Source: Candidatus Binatia bacterium | Lineage (GTDB): Bacteria; Desulfobacterota; Binatia; HRBIN30 | Direction: 5' to 3' | DNA length: 64,000 bases | NCBI GenBank assembly: GCA_038245295.1 | Contig: JBBRSP010000032.1 | Location: 1 to 64,000 of the forward strand | Shown here: positions 47,536 to 57,708 of the stretch, piece after piece | How the letters are laid out: the number at the start of each line of letters is the position of its first letter | Position numbering within the stretch: the stretch's first letter is position 1 | The notes under the pieces: model-generated | Database searches by the model: none | Told to the model about the DNA's origin: nothing | The model's input: only the letters and a program-made list of their open reading frames with translations | Position numbers and translations under genes: made by a program

Positions 47536-47895
47536 ATGCCCGACCTGACCCGCTACGCCAAAAAGAATACCGTGAACCTCACCACCACCGGCCGCAAGTC
47601 GGGAAAGAAGTTCACCGCGCCGATCTGGTTCGTCGTCGACGACCCGTCGACTGTACTGGTGCAACACGTCCGCGGCGAGCCGTCGAACTGGTACAAGAAC
47701 CTCCTGAAGAACCCGGATGTCGAAGTCGACTTTGGGGAAGGCCCACTCAAGGCCACGGCGAGACCTATCACTGATGCCGCCGGGATCGCGCGCGTTCTTG
47801 TTCTGATCCGCAAGAAGCACTGGATTACGGCGCGGTTTCTGCAGCGTGGTGCGATCAAACCGGTCGCGGCAACGATTCGGTTGGCACAGGCATGA
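47536..47895 (+). CDS. Ddn-like deazaflavin (F420H2)-dependent reductase
   Basis: LTTTGRKSGK and NWYKNLLKNPDVEV. Confidence 0.85.
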   Translation: MPDLTRYAKKNTVNLTTTGRKSGKKFTAPIWFVVDDPSTVLVQHVRGEPSNWYKNLLKNPDVEVDFGEGPLKATARPITDAAGIARVLVLIRKKHWITARFLQRGAIKPVAATIRLAQA

Positions 47896-48779
47896 AGACC
47901 ATCGGACTCATCGGCCTCGGCATCATGGGCCGCCCGATGGCCCGCAACCTTCTCAAGGCCGGCTTCGAGGTTGTCGTCCACTCGCGTACCCAGGCGAAGG
48001 TCGACGAGCTTGTGACCGCCGGTGCGCGAGCGGCAAAGACTCCCGCCGACGTCGCGCGCCAGGTCGAAGCGGTGATCACGATGGTTCCGGACACGCCGGA
48101 TGTGCAGGCTGTGATGCTCGGTGCCAACGGCGTCATTGCTGGGGCGCACGACGGACTGATCGCCATCGACATGAGTACCATCTCGCCCCAGGCGACGAGC
48201 GAGATAGCCGCGGCGTTGGCGCAGCGTGGCGTGGCGATGCTCGACGCGCCGGTCTCCGGCGGTGAGGTCGGCGCGATCAACGGCAATCTTTCGATCATGG
48301 TTGGTGGCGAGACGGCGGACTTTGAACGATGCAAGCCGGTCTTCGAAGCGATGGGCAAGAAGATCACTCACGTCGGGCCGACGAGCCACGGCCAGATCAC
48401 CAAGCTGTGCAATCAGGTCGCCGGCGTTTTGAGTCTGCAGGCGGTGTGTGAGGCGTTAACCCTCGCGGCCAAGGCGGGAGTTGATCGCGCGAAAGTCATC
48501 GAAGCCTTGTCGGGTGGCTCGGCCGATTCGTGGAACATGCGCAACCAGGGGCCGAAAATGTTGAAGCGCGACTTTGCACCCGGCTTCTTCGTCCACCTGC
48601 AGCAGAAGGATCTTCGTCTGGCGCTGGAGTTGGCGCAAACGCTGCACGCACCGCTGCCAGGGGCTGCCTTGCTGCACGAGCTGTTCAGTGTCGTCGAAGC
48701 GGCGGGTGGGCGCGAGCAGGGTGTGCAAGCCTTGGTCCGGGCGCTCGAGATCATGGGTGGGACAGAGGTCGGTCCGTAG
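47892..48779 (+). CDS. Beta-hydroxyacid dehydrogenase (GarR/MmsB family)
   Basis: GLIGLGIMG, DMSTISP, DAPVSGGE, KLCNQ, QKDL. Confidence 0.92.
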   Translation: MKTIGLIGLGIMGRPMARNLLKAGFEVVVHSRTQAKVDELVTAGARAAKTPADVARQVEAVITMVPDTPDVQAVMLGANGVIAGAHDGLIAIDMSTISPQATSEIAAALAQRGVAMLDAPVSGGEVGAINGNLSIMVGGETADFERCKPVFEAMGKKITHVGPTSHGQITKLCNQVAGVLSLQAVCEALTLAAKAGVDRAKVIEALSGGSADSWNMRNQGPKMLKRDFAPGFFVHLQQKDLRLALELAQTLHAPLPGAALLHELFSVVEAAGGREQGVQALVRALEIMGGTEVGP

Positions 48780-48800
48780 CTCGCTACCGCGCGTGAGCCG

Positions 48801-50327
48801 ATGGATGAATCAGTCGAGATCCGCCGCGGCAACTCGCGCATCCTCCTGGTGGCGCCGCATGGCGGGCGCCGCGCTCCCGTCGATGCACTCAACCCGCCAC
48901 CAAACCTGCGTGTGAACGACGTCTTTACACCCGACCTCACACGGCTGCTCGCCGAGCGCCTCGACGCGACGGCGATCATCAATGAGACAATCGATCGCAA
49001 CGACATCGACCTGAACCGCATCTCACAAGTCACCAAGCGCGCCGCCTGGTTCCTCGACGTGTTGCATGTCGAGATCGAGCGCTTGCGGCAGCGGCATGGA
49101 GTGGTCGTCGCTTTGTTCGTGCATGGTTGGAACACCGGGCAACCAATCTGCGATCTCGGCATCGGTGGTTCGTTGATCGACGAGGCATTGGTTGTTCCAG
49201 AAGGCGCCGGGCTGACGGTAAGCGAGAGCTTTCGCGTCAATGCGCTTCAGCAACTGAGAGAGGAGTGTGCGGTTCGTCGCATCGCGACCGCGGTTGGTGA
49301 ACGCTACGCGGCGAGCCATCGTAACAACCTCCTGCAGTTGTTCGCCCTCGAACGGCACCACCACGTCGAGGCCGTGCAGCTCGAGCTGGCCATTCCGCTG
49401 CGGATGCCCGGCGAGTGGCGCGATCGCTTTCTCGACGCATGCGTGGCGACCTTCACGGTCCCGCAACGCGTGCGGAGCCCGTTCGAGATACCGTCGCGCC
49501 GCGATGAATCGGCACCGTTGAGCCTGCAGTTCTACGACCCGCGTGCCGCCGTCGGTCTCTTCACCGGAACAGGCCGGCTCGGCGCGATGCTCGGTGGTCG
49601 TCTGCTGTTGTTCCTGGGGGAGAAGCGTATCGCGCTGTTCACCGGCGAAGCAGCGGTGCGCGGAGGTCGCTCGCTGCTGCCGCTGCGCCTGACGGGGCAG
49701 GGGAGTGAGGTGGACCTGTCGTTTGACGGCCCGATGCTATTTCTCGAAGACGGCGCCGACTACCTCGATCTCGAAGCGGCCTTTGGTCGCTCGCGCCTCA
49801 TCCATGCCGAAGTCGAGATCCATTTCACGGCGTCGGTGGGTGAAGCAGCACAGCTGGGACATTGTGTCGGTCGCCTGCGCGCCGATGGAAACGAGCACAT
49901 CATCGAGGCGAATGGCTTTGCCAATGCCGGAGCCTGGCGCGGCAGTGGCGCGCACGAGCAGACAATGCTGAGTGCGGCGTTTGCCAACGGCGCCGGAGAG
50001 CTCGTGCGCTACGATCACAGTCGCGACGAGTTCCTGGAGATGCGGTTCTCTCCGGCCGGTGTGACGACGGGGACAAACGGCAGGGTGGAGATCACGCCCG
50101 AGGAAGATCCCTACGTGCCGCAATCCCTGGCGCTGCATGCCGATGATGCTGCGCCGATGCGGGTTGTTCCGCTCTCCCGGATGAGCATCCTGCGGACCGC
50201 TGGCGGGGGCGCCGCCCGCGTCACCTTCGGCGTCGCCCGCTTCGAAGCGGAGAGGGGCGATGGTTTTGGTGTCTTCGAGTACACACGCCCGATCGGCGCG
50301 CCAAGTGGTCAGCGCAAGGCGCCGTGA
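48801..50327 (+). CDS. Two-domain hypothetical protein; N-terminus resembles N-formylglutamate amidohydrolase
   Basis: LLVAPHGG, ND, DLNR, FVHG, AVQLEL motifs; beta-rich C-terminal half ending GFGVFEY. Confidence 0.55.
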   Translation: MDESVEIRRGNSRILLVAPHGGRRAPVDALNPPPNLRVNDVFTPDLTRLLAERLDATAIINETIDRNDIDLNRISQVTKRAAWFLDVLHVEIERLRQRHGVVVALFVHGWNTGQPICDLGIGGSLIDEALVVPEGAGLTVSESFRVNALQQLREECAVRRIATAVGERYAASHRNNLLQLFALERHHHVEAVQLELAIPLRMPGEWRDRFLDACVATFTVPQRVRSPFEIPSRRDESAPLSLQFYDPRAAVGLFTGTGRLGAMLGGRLLLFLGEKRIALFTGEAAVRGGRSLLPLRLTGQGSEVDLSFDGPMLFLEDGADYLDLEAAFGRSRLIHAEVEIHFTASVGEAAQLGHCVGRLRADGNEHIIEANGFANAGAWRGSGAHEQTMLSAAFANGAGELVRYDHSRDEFLEMRFSPAGVTTGTNGRVEITPEEDPYVPQSLALHADDAAPMRVVPLSRMSILRTAGGGAARVTFGVARFEAERGDGFGVFEYTRPIGAPSGQRKAP

Positions 50328-50749
50328 ACCGCCGGCTTGCCGCTCAACACGACGACGGTCTGTCTCACCGCGCAGATGCGCCAGCCATCAGCGTGGCGCT
50401 GCAAGCGATGCTCGTAGTTGCCGGCCGTGTCGAGACGGTCGGCTACATCTTTCTGTGACACGCGAAAGATTTGGTAAGCCGAGTAACACGTCGCCTCGTC
50501 CCCGCTGATTGTAACCTCGTGATTGGTGCTCAGGTGGAGCGTGCGCACGCCCGCCAGTCCGGTCTCCCGCGCTCGCACGTAATCATTGGCTGATACCCGC
50601 GCTGGCGGTTCGCCACGGAACTCGGAGTAGTCGGTGTCGAGCTCGTCGGTGAGCAGCGATCGCAGGCGCGGCCAGTCTTGCCGATCAAAGGCATTCGCGA
50701 AAGCGACGATGGTATCGATGACTGCGGCGCGGTCGATGAGACGTTGCAT
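50309..50749 (-). CDS. NTF2/SnoaL-like protein
   Basis: FDRQDW, TLHLSTNH, GNYEHRL, GWRI. Confidence 0.85.
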   Translation of the reverse strand: MQRLIDRAAVIDTIVAFANAFDRQDWPRLRSLLTDELDTDYSEFRGEPPARVSANDYVRARETGLAGVRTLHLSTNHEVTISGDEATCYSAYQIFRVSQKDVADRLDTAGNYEHRLQRHADGWRICAVRQTVVVLSGKPAVHGALR

Positions 50750-50761
50750 CGGAGGATGAGG

Positions 50762-51799
50762 TCAAACAGCCAACAGTGCTCGAGTGCGGCGGATCACATC
50801 CTGCCAGCGCTCCATCACAGCTGCCCCCTTCTCCCACGACTCGCTGGCGAAGTAGTGAATGATGTGGTCGGCGATGCCCTTGTACCGATCGACGATCTTC
50901 TGCGGCAGCTCGGCCCAGGTGCTGGTGATGGCGTAGACTTCGAGCATCTCGTCGGTGATCATTGCGGCCATTCCTGGAATGTCGCCCTGGCGTTGCAGCG
51001 CGGTCAGACTTTCTGAGACGCCACTCCAGCCGTGGATCTCGAACACCTCTTTGTAGGCCGGCGTCGAGCCGTAGAAGGCGATCTGGAAGCGGGCGCGCTG
51101 GCGCCACTCCTCGCGTTCTTCGACGCTGTCGCCGACGATGGCGAAGATCGGGCAGGCGAGTTTCACTTGCTTCGGATCGCGCCCGGCCTTCTTGGCCCCG
51201 GCGGCGACATTCGGGATCAGAACCTCGTCGAGAAACTTGCGCGAGTGGAACGGGTGGACGTGGACGCCGTCGGCGACCTCGCCGCAGGCGCGCAGCATCC
51301 ATGGACGCACCGCCGCAAGGTAGATCGGGATCTCCGGGTAGTCGATTGGTCCGGGAGTCCAGATGCCGAGCAGGCTGAAGTTGTAGAAGTCGCCTTTAAA
51401 GCTGAGACGCTCCTGTCCCTGGAAGGCCCGGAAGATGGCGCGCAAGGCAAGCACATACTCGCGTAGTCGCGCGCCCGGGTGATCATAGGTGGTGGAGAAG
51501 CGACGCTCGATATGTGCCTTGATTTGAGTGCCGAGGCCGAGAATGAATCGGCCCTTGGTTGCTTCGGCAAGCTCCCAGGCGATCTGAGCTGTCACCATTG
51601 GGCTGCGTGGGAAGGCCGTGGCGATGGCGGTTCCGGTGCCGAGGTCCGGTGCGGCGATCGTGCTGGCGGCGCAGTTGAGGTAGGCGGTGCGCCCCGCCTC
51701 GGCGAGCCACAAGCGATCGTAGCCGGCCGCCGCCAGAGCGCGCGAACGCTCACCGGCTTTGTGCAGCTCGAGTCCTGATCCGAACGCGTCGATTTCCAT
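50762..51799 (-). CDS. LLM-class F420-dependent oxidoreductase (paralog of 46402)
   Basis: AFPRSPM, GRFILGLGTQIKAH, HVHPFHS, FYGSTPAY. Confidence 0.9.
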   Translation of the reverse strand: MEIDAFGSGLELHKAGERSRALAAAGYDRLWLAEAGRTAYLNCAASTIAAPDLGTGTAIATAFPRSPMVTAQIAWELAEATKGRFILGLGTQIKAHIERRFSTTYDHPGARLREYVLALRAIFRAFQGQERLSFKGDFYNFSLLGIWTPGPIDYPEIPIYLAAVRPWMLRACGEVADGVHVHPFHSRKFLDEVLIPNVAAGAKKAGRDPKQVKLACPIFAIVGDSVEEREEWRQRARFQIAFYGSTPAYKEVFEIHGWSGVSESLTALQRQGDIPGMAAMITDEMLEVYAITSTWAELPQKIVDRYKGIADHIIHYFASESWEKGAAVMERWQDVIRRTRALLAV

Positions 51800-51895
51800 A
51801 AAGCCCTCACTCGGGCGGAGCACGCCACTCTGTGGCGCCCGGCTGCGGAATTTGCGGAGCCAGCGTTGGGCGGCGCCGAGCGCTGTGCTTCGGCA

Positions 51896-52333
51896 TCAAG
51901 GGCGCGTCGGAAGCTCAGCGGTGAAGCTGCCGCTGATCGCAGTCTCGCCCTTCTGATTGAGGGCCACGACATCGCCCTCGATGAAGTGCTTGCCGTCGCT
52001 GTCGCTCTTCTTCGTGACCTTGCCTTTGCAGGTGATCGTGTCGCCGGGCCACACGCGCGTCGCGAAGCGCACCTTGAACTTGCGCAGATTCTCGCGGCCG
52101 ACGTAGTCGGTGACACACTTGCTGACGAAGCCGGCGTTGAGCATGCCGTGCGAGAAGGTGCTCGGCAGGCCGACCTTCTGTGCGAACGGCTCGTCGTGGT
52201 GCATCGGGTTGAAGTCGCCGGAGGCGCCGGCGTACTTGACGAGGTCGGTGCGCGACAGATTCTCGACGACGAAAGCCGGCACTTCGTCGCCTTCCTTGAC
52301 GTCTTCGAAGAAGAGTTTCTTTAGCTCAGCCAT
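51896..52333 (-). CDS. MaoC-family dehydratase
   Basis: YAGASGDFNPMHHD, HGML, VWPGD. Confidence 0.92.
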   Translation of the reverse strand: MAELKKLFFEDVKEGDEVPAFVVENLSRTDLVKYAGASGDFNPMHHDEPFAQKVGLPSTFSHGMLNAGFVSKCVTDYVGRENLRKFKVRFATRVWPGDTITCKGKVTKKSDSDGKHFIEGDVVALNQKGETAISGSFTAELPTRP

Positions 52334-52401
52334 GATTCACCTCGTTTTGTGAGTTCCCATGGAACCTATGCGACCCATGGGACTCATAGGTCGTATGCTC
52401 G

Positions 52402-53565
52402 CTACGCTGTCGCCTGCAAGCTTTCTGGATGATCAAGCACCACCTGAGCTACGAGCTCACGATTCCAGGTGGCGTCACCGAAGGTCACTTCCGATCCCTT
52501 CGCCCGCTTGAAGTACAGGTGCATGTCGTGCTCCCACGTGAAGCCGATGCCGCCATGGATCTGGATGCCCTCGCCGCTGACGATGCGATAGGCATCGGAG
52601 CAATAGGCCTTGGCCATGCAGGCGGCGAGATGTGCTTCGGTAACGTTGTTGGCGACGGCCCAGGCGGCGTAGTAGGTCGCTGACTTCGAGCTTTCGACCT
52701 GTACCATCATGTTGGCGCACTTGTGTTGAATCGCCTGGAAGCTGCCGATCGGCTTTCCGAACTGCTCGCGCACCTTGGCGTAGTCGACGCTCATTTCGAG
52801 CACCTTCTGCATGCCGCCGCACATCTCGGCGCACAGGGCGACCTTGGCGCGATCGATGAGACGTCCGAGCAGCGGCCATCCCTGCCCTGCTTTGCCGAGC
52901 ACGGCGTCTTTGCCGACGTTGACGCCGGTGAAGGTGACTTCACAGAGCTTGCGCGTCTGATCCATCGTCTTGAGGACCGAACGTTTCACGCCGTCGGCCT
53001 TGGCATCGACGATGAATAGCGTGATGCCCTTTTCGCCCTTCTTGCCGGCGGTGCGGGTGGGGACGATCAGGATGTCGGAGTTGTGTGCGTCGTGCACGAA
53101 TAGTTTTGTGCCGTTCAGTGTGAAGCCGTCGGCCGTCTTGGTTGCGGCGAGCATGATGCCATCGGCATCCCAGCGGCCGCTCTCCTCGACTTGCGCCAGC
53201 GTCGCCTTCAGCGTGCCGTCGCAGATGCCGGGCAGGTACTTCTTCTTCTGCGCCTTGCTGCCGCCGAGGTCGATCGCCAGGCCGCCCAGGATGACGGTCG
53301 AAAAGTACGGACCCGGCATGACGCAACGGCCCATCTCTTCCAGAACAACGACGAGGTCGACCATGTTGAGGCCGCTGCCGCCGTATTCCTCCGGGAAGAT
53401 GAGGCCGGTCCAGCCGAGGCCGGCAAGCTTGTTCCACTGCTCCCCGGAGTAACCGGTCTCGTCATCCATCATCTTGCGCACATAGGTCATGGCGCATTCG
53501 GTATCGAGAAATTGGCGCGCACTCTGGCGCAGCATGTCCTGCTCTTCACTGAATCCGAAATCCAT
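52402..53565 (-). CDS. Acyl-CoA dehydrogenase
   Basis: MDFGFSEEQ, REQFGKPIGSFQAIQH, QIHGGIGFTWE. Confidence 0.93.
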   Translation of the reverse strand: MDFGFSEEQDMLRQSARQFLDTECAMTYVRKMMDDETGYSGEQWNKLAGLGWTGLIFPEEYGGSGLNMVDLVVVLEEMGRCVMPGPYFSTVILGGLAIDLGGSKAQKKKYLPGICDGTLKATLAQVEESGRWDADGIMLAATKTADGFTLNGTKLFVHDAHNSDILIVPTRTAGKKGEKGITLFIVDAKADGVKRSVLKTMDQTRKLCEVTFTGVNVGKDAVLGKAGQGWPLLGRLIDRAKVALCAEMCGGMQKVLEMSVDYAKVREQFGKPIGSFQAIQHKCANMMVQVESSKSATYYAAWAVANNVTEAHLAACMAKAYCSDAYRIVSGEGIQIHGGIGFTWEHDMHLYFKRAKGSEVTFGDATWNRELVAQVVLDHPESLQATA

Positions 53566-53657
53566 CTAAAGCGTCCTCCGCCGGTTTGCTGAACGTTCGT
53601 TAACCCGGGGGATTTATGCGTTCTGCAACCAAGAAGCAACGGGGCGGGTTCCCGCCA

Positions 53658-53741
53658 AAGGGTCCTGTCCCCTTTTTCGGCAGGCTCAAGCCTGTTGGCG
53701 CCTCGATGTTTCAGCTCGGCCAAAAGGGTCCTGACCCCTTT
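53658..53741. repeat. Two copies of an AAAGGGTCCTG(T/A)CCCCTTT palindrome
   Basis: Copies at ~53658 and ~53722 in a divergent intergenic region. Confidence 0.7.
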
Positions 53742-53787
53742 GGCTTCACTGGTGCCGCGCTAAGAGTGGTGGTCTCGGAGCACGACG

Positions 53788-54918
53788 TTGTCACAAGCCA
53801 TCAAAGATCAGATCCGTGCCGCCGCCCTCGAGCTCGGCTTCGCCCGTTGCGGCTTCGCGCGCCCGACCCGTCCGCCGCACGCCGATTTCGTCGAGCTTTG
53901 GGTGGAGGAGGGCAATGCCGCCGGCATGGCCTACCTCGGTAAACGCCTGGGGCGCCGCCTCGATCCGACAAACGTTCTCAAGACGGTGCGCAGCATCATC
54001 ACTCTCTCGAATCGTTATGCCCCGCCGCCACTGCCGCCGCACGACTGGCGTGAATCGTTGCGCGGGCGCATCGCCGCCTACGCTCTCGGCGGCGACTATC
54101 ACAAAGCGATTGGGCCGCGGCTGGCGCAGCTGGCGCGTCAGATCGAAATGCTGACGCCGGGCTCGCGCGCACTTTGGTACATCGATACCGGCGCCATCCT
54201 CGAACGCGAATGGGCCAGCCTCGGCGGCATCGGCTGGTTCGGCAAGAACACCAACATCCTGCGGCGCGATGACGGCTCGTGGTTCTTCCTTGGAGAGATC
54301 TTCACGTCGCTCGACCTTGAGCCGGATGCGCCGGTCGCCGACCACTGCGGCACGTGTACACGCTGTCTCGATTCATGCCCGACGGGGGCGCTGGCGCCAG
54401 GGTACAAGCTCGATGCGCGGCGTTGCATCTCGTATTGGACCATCGAGCACCGCGGCGCCATTCCGCTGGAGATGCGGCCGCTGCTTGGCAATTGGATTTT
54501 CGGTTGTGACGAGTGCCAGGAGGTTTGTCCCTGGAACGACGATCACAAGCCGCCCGAGGCCGCTGCCTCGCCGCTGTTGCCCTATCTCCCCGATCTTCTC
54601 GCGCTGGATGATGCGGCGTTCGAAGCAACCTATCGCGATACGTCCCTGTGGCGCACCAAACGCGACGGCTTGTTGCGTAATGTGGCGATCGCCCTCGGCA
54701 ACAGTGGCAACCCCGGGGCCGTACCGGCACTCGGCACGGCTTTGCGCTCCGACGCATCGCCTCTAGTACGTTTGCACTCGGCGTGGGCGCTGGGTGTGCT
54801 TGGGACGAGTGCGGCGCGAACTGCTCTCGATCGTGCCTTGGTGTCGGAAGCCGACGACAATGTGTTGAACGAGATCCACGACGCGCTCGCCGGTGGTCCA
54901 ACGTCAAAGTCAAATTGA
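53788..54918 (+). CDS. queG: tRNA epoxyqueuosine reductase
   Basis: YALGGDYH, IDTG, GWFGKN, GSWFFLG, CGTCTRCLDSCPT, CISY, FGCDECQEVCPWN; HEAT-like tail. Confidence 0.95.
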   Translation: MSQAIKDQIRAAALELGFARCGFARPTRPPHADFVELWVEEGNAAGMAYLGKRLGRRLDPTNVLKTVRSIITLSNRYAPPPLPPHDWRESLRGRIAAYALGGDYHKAIGPRLAQLARQIEMLTPGSRALWYIDTGAILEREWASLGGIGWFGKNTNILRRDDGSWFFLGEIFTSLDLEPDAPVADHCGTCTRCLDSCPTGALAPGYKLDARRCISYWTIEHRGAIPLEMRPLLGNWIFGCDECQEVCPWNDDHKPPEAAASPLLPYLPDLLALDDAAFEATYRDTSLWRTKRDGLLRNVAIALGNSGNPGAVPALGTALRSDASPLVRLHSAWALGVLGTSAARTALDRALVSEADDNVLNEIHDALAGGPTSKSN

Positions 54919-54996
54919 CGCGGCGCGCGAGAACTTGCGGCGCGCACCTTGCGCGGCGCGGGGGCTGAAGTCTAAAGCGCCTTTACCGGAGACTGG

Positions 54997-55821
54997 ATGT
55001 CGGAAGCACGCGAGAGATTCATGGCGATTGCGCGCCAGGACGACGACGCGATCGATGTTGCAGAAGCGGCGTTGTGGATCGCCAAGGAGGAGTACCCTTC
55101 CCTCGACGTCAGCCAATGTCTCTCCGAATTTGATCGTCTGGCGGCGCGTCTCGATGCGGAACGCGCCAAGAAGCTGTCGATCGCCGAGCGCGTCGCTCGA
55201 CTCAATCACTTCCTGTTTGTCGATTGCGGCTTCAGCGGTAACCAGGACGACTACTACGATCCACGCAACAGTTTCCTCAATGACGTCATGGAGCGCCGCA
55301 CGGGAATTCCGATCACGTTGAGCACCGTGTATTGCGAAGTCGGCCGCCGTGTCGGCTTGCCGCTCCGCGGCGTCGCCTTTCCCGGGCACTTTCTGGTGAA
55401 GTACGAGAGTGATCCCGCCATCATCATCGACCCATTCTACGGCACGACGCTGACGCACGAGGAATGCGAAGAACGCCTACAGAACATCTATGGGCCGAAA
55501 GCCCGGCTTGATCCGCGCCTGCTGCAGGCGGCATCCCCGCGCGAGATCTTGGTGCGTTTGCTCAGCAATCTGAAACAGGTGTGGGTCGAGAAGAGTGACT
55601 CGATGCGGGCTCTCGCCTGTGTTGATCGGATCCTGCTGTTGACGCCGCAAGCGCCGCGCGAGCTGCGCGACCGCGGCATCCTCTACCAGAAGCTCGAGTG
55701 TTACTCGGCGGCGTTGCGCGACCTGGATGCGTATCTGCGTCTGGCTCCGAACGATGATGCCGCCGATGCCATCCGCGCCCTCCTGCCTGATTTACATCGC
55801 CAGGCTTCGCAGCTGCAGTAG
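54997..55821 (+). CDS. SirB1/YchA-like transglutaminase-fold plus TPR protein
   Basis: YYDPRNSFLN, GIPITLS, FPGHFL, IDPF, RDRG. Confidence 0.88.
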   Translation: MSEARERFMAIARQDDDAIDVAEAALWIAKEEYPSLDVSQCLSEFDRLAARLDAERAKKLSIAERVARLNHFLFVDCGFSGNQDDYYDPRNSFLNDVMERRTGIPITLSTVYCEVGRRVGLPLRGVAFPGHFLVKYESDPAIIIDPFYGTTLTHEECEERLQNIYGPKARLDPRLLQAASPREILVRLLSNLKQVWVEKSDSMRALACVDRILLLTPQAPRELRDRGILYQKLECYSAALRDLDAYLRLAPNDDAADAIRALLPDLHRQASQLQ

Positions 55822-55840
55822 TGCGGTTCCTGACGCGCCC

Positions 55841-56938
55841 TCAGGACTGGATGTTGTCGCGTCCGAGACCGGCAAACCACTCGAGGATGCGCACGTTCTC
55901 CGAACGCGGATAGGTGTGCGAGAGTTCCGCGAGCTCGCGATAGGTGAGGTCGGCGCCGGCGCGCTCCAGGACGTCGCGCGTGAAGCGCGCCATCTGTACC
56001 GGGAACAGGAAGTCGAGAGCGCCGTGCACGAGATAGATCGGTTTGCCGGCAGCGCGTTCGAGGTTGCCGACGTCTTCGTTGGCCGGATGTAGGACACCAC
56101 ACAACGGCGCAATGGCGCGGTAAACGTCGGGATGCAACAGGCCATAGAGCAGGCCAAAGGTGGCGCCGTCCGAGAGCCCGGTCATGAGAATGCGCCGGCG
56201 ATCGATACGGTAGTGGCCATCAAGCCAGACGAGAATTTGCAGGATGCCCGTATCGTCGCCTTCGCCCCACGTATCGAGTAGCGCGCTCGGTGCCAGCAGA
56301 ATGTAGCCAAGGCTGCGCGCCTCGCGCACCCAGGTCCACAGAAAGTCGCGGCCATTCCCCGAGCCGCCGTGTAGCGCGACGATCACCGGCCACTCGCGCT
56401 CCGGTGTATAGGACTCCGGCACATACAGACTGAAGCCGCCGTGCTCGCCGCCGCGGCTCACATGCGTCAGGCCGACCCGCTCGTTGGCATTGGGGTTGGG
56501 CTCATCCGATGGCGAACTCCCCGGCAAATCCCAGAACCCTGTAAACGGCTGCAGCGCCTGGCGCAGGATGTAAAACATCTCGGTGGCGCAGGCACAGTGA
56601 TGCATGGCGGCGAGGATGCGCTCGATACTCTCTGGAGGGAACATCGTGGGGAACGCGGCGAAGTTTTCGTAGGCTTGCACGATGTGGGTGAAGCCCTCGC
56701 GGAAGCGCTCGGCGAATGGTTTGAGCTCTTCCGGCGGCGGGCTGTGCTCGAGCTCCGCGTCGGCTGCCGCGATGGCGTTGCCGAACAGGGCGGTTGCCTC
56801 GACGGCAAGGGCGGCACTGCGTTGCGGCGCCAACTTCTCGAAGGCGCCTTCCATCCACTCGAGATAGCGACGGGCGATCTTGCTCGCAGCGACAGTGGCG
56901 GCGAGATACTGAGTTTCTTCGGGGCTGTAGTCGGCCAT
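55841..56938 (-). CDS. Phospholipase/carboxylesterase (alpha/beta hydrolase) with helical N-domain
   Basis: ALHGGSG, TGLSDG nucleophile elbow, HGALD, SHTY. Confidence 0.85.
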   Translation of the reverse strand: MADYSPEETQYLAATVAASKIARRYLEWMEGAFEKLAPQRSAALAVEATALFGNAIAAADAELEHSPPPEELKPFAERFREGFTHIVQAYENFAAFPTMFPPESIERILAAMHHCACATEMFYILRQALQPFTGFWDLPGSSPSDEPNPNANERVGLTHVSRGGEHGGFSLYVPESYTPEREWPVIVALHGGSGNGRDFLWTWVREARSLGYILLAPSALLDTWGEGDDTGILQILVWLDGHYRIDRRRILMTGLSDGATFGLLYGLLHPDVYRAIAPLCGVLHPANEDVGNLERAAGKPIYLVHGALDFLFPVQMARFTRDVLERAGADLTYRELAELSHTYPRSENVRILEWFAGLGRDNIQS

Positions 56939-56955
56939 TGCCGTCGGGTGCCGGG

Positions 56956-57708
56956 TTACCGGAACAGATCCATCTCACGTGGGCGGATCAGCGGCTTGGC
57001 GCTGCCTTCGGCTGGTGCGAATTCGTAGCCGCGCACGAGAACCGCCGGTACACCGTCACCTTTTTTCATCAGCAGACCAGCAGCGGCGGCGAGGGCGTCG
57101 CCCTGGGCCATGAAGGTGTGGTGCAGCTCGCGGCCGTTCATGTCGGTCGACCCTCGTAGGTCGAGGATGGCGTCCATGCCGGCGAGGCCAAGGGCGAAGT
57201 CGACGAGGCCGTCACGCCAAGGGCGGCCAAAGGTATCGGTGATGATGACCGCGACGGCGACACCGGTGCGTTTGCGGATCTCGCTTCGCAGTGCCTGCGC
57301 CGAAGCGTCCGGGTCGACAGGCAAGAGGATCACCGTGTCGGGCGCGAGCGCATTGGATTCGTCGACGCCGGCGTTGGCGCAGACCCAGCCCGGACCCGTT
57401 TCGACGATCAGATGGCCGCGGTCCATCTTGATGATGCGGCTCGTCTCACCCAGGATGACCTCGACGATACGCGGATCCTTATCCTCCGTTTGCGCGGCGA
57501 TGCTCTTGGCGAACGGTGAGGCTTCGATGTCGGCGAGGCGGACGATGCGGCCCTCGGCTTTGGAGACGACCTTCTGACACACGATAACGATATCGCCGTC
57601 GGCGAAATCGATCTTCGACTGACGCGCGCCATCTAGGATGAGGGTCGCAAGATCGTCTCCCGGTTTTACCGGTGGGATACCGTTGATTGGCGCGAGACTC
57701 AGGCTCAC
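56956..57708 (-). CDS. cofE: F420-0:gamma-glutamyl ligase (no C-terminal nitroreductase domain)
   Basis: QKVVSKAEG, CANAGVDESN, LLPVDPD, DTFGRPWR, terminal DLFR. Confidence 0.95.
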   Translation of the reverse strand: MSLSLAPINGIPPVKPGDDLATLILDGARQSKIDFADGDIVIVCQKVVSKAEGRIVRLADIEASPFAKSIAAQTEDKDPRIVEVILGETSRIIKMDRGHLIVETGPGWVCANAGVDESNALAPDTVILLPVDPDASAQALRSEIRKRTGVAVAVIITDTFGRPWRDGLVDFALGLAGMDAILDLRGSTDMNGRELHHTFMAQGDALAAAAGLLMKKGDGVPAVLVRGYEFAPAEGSAKPLIRPREMDLFR

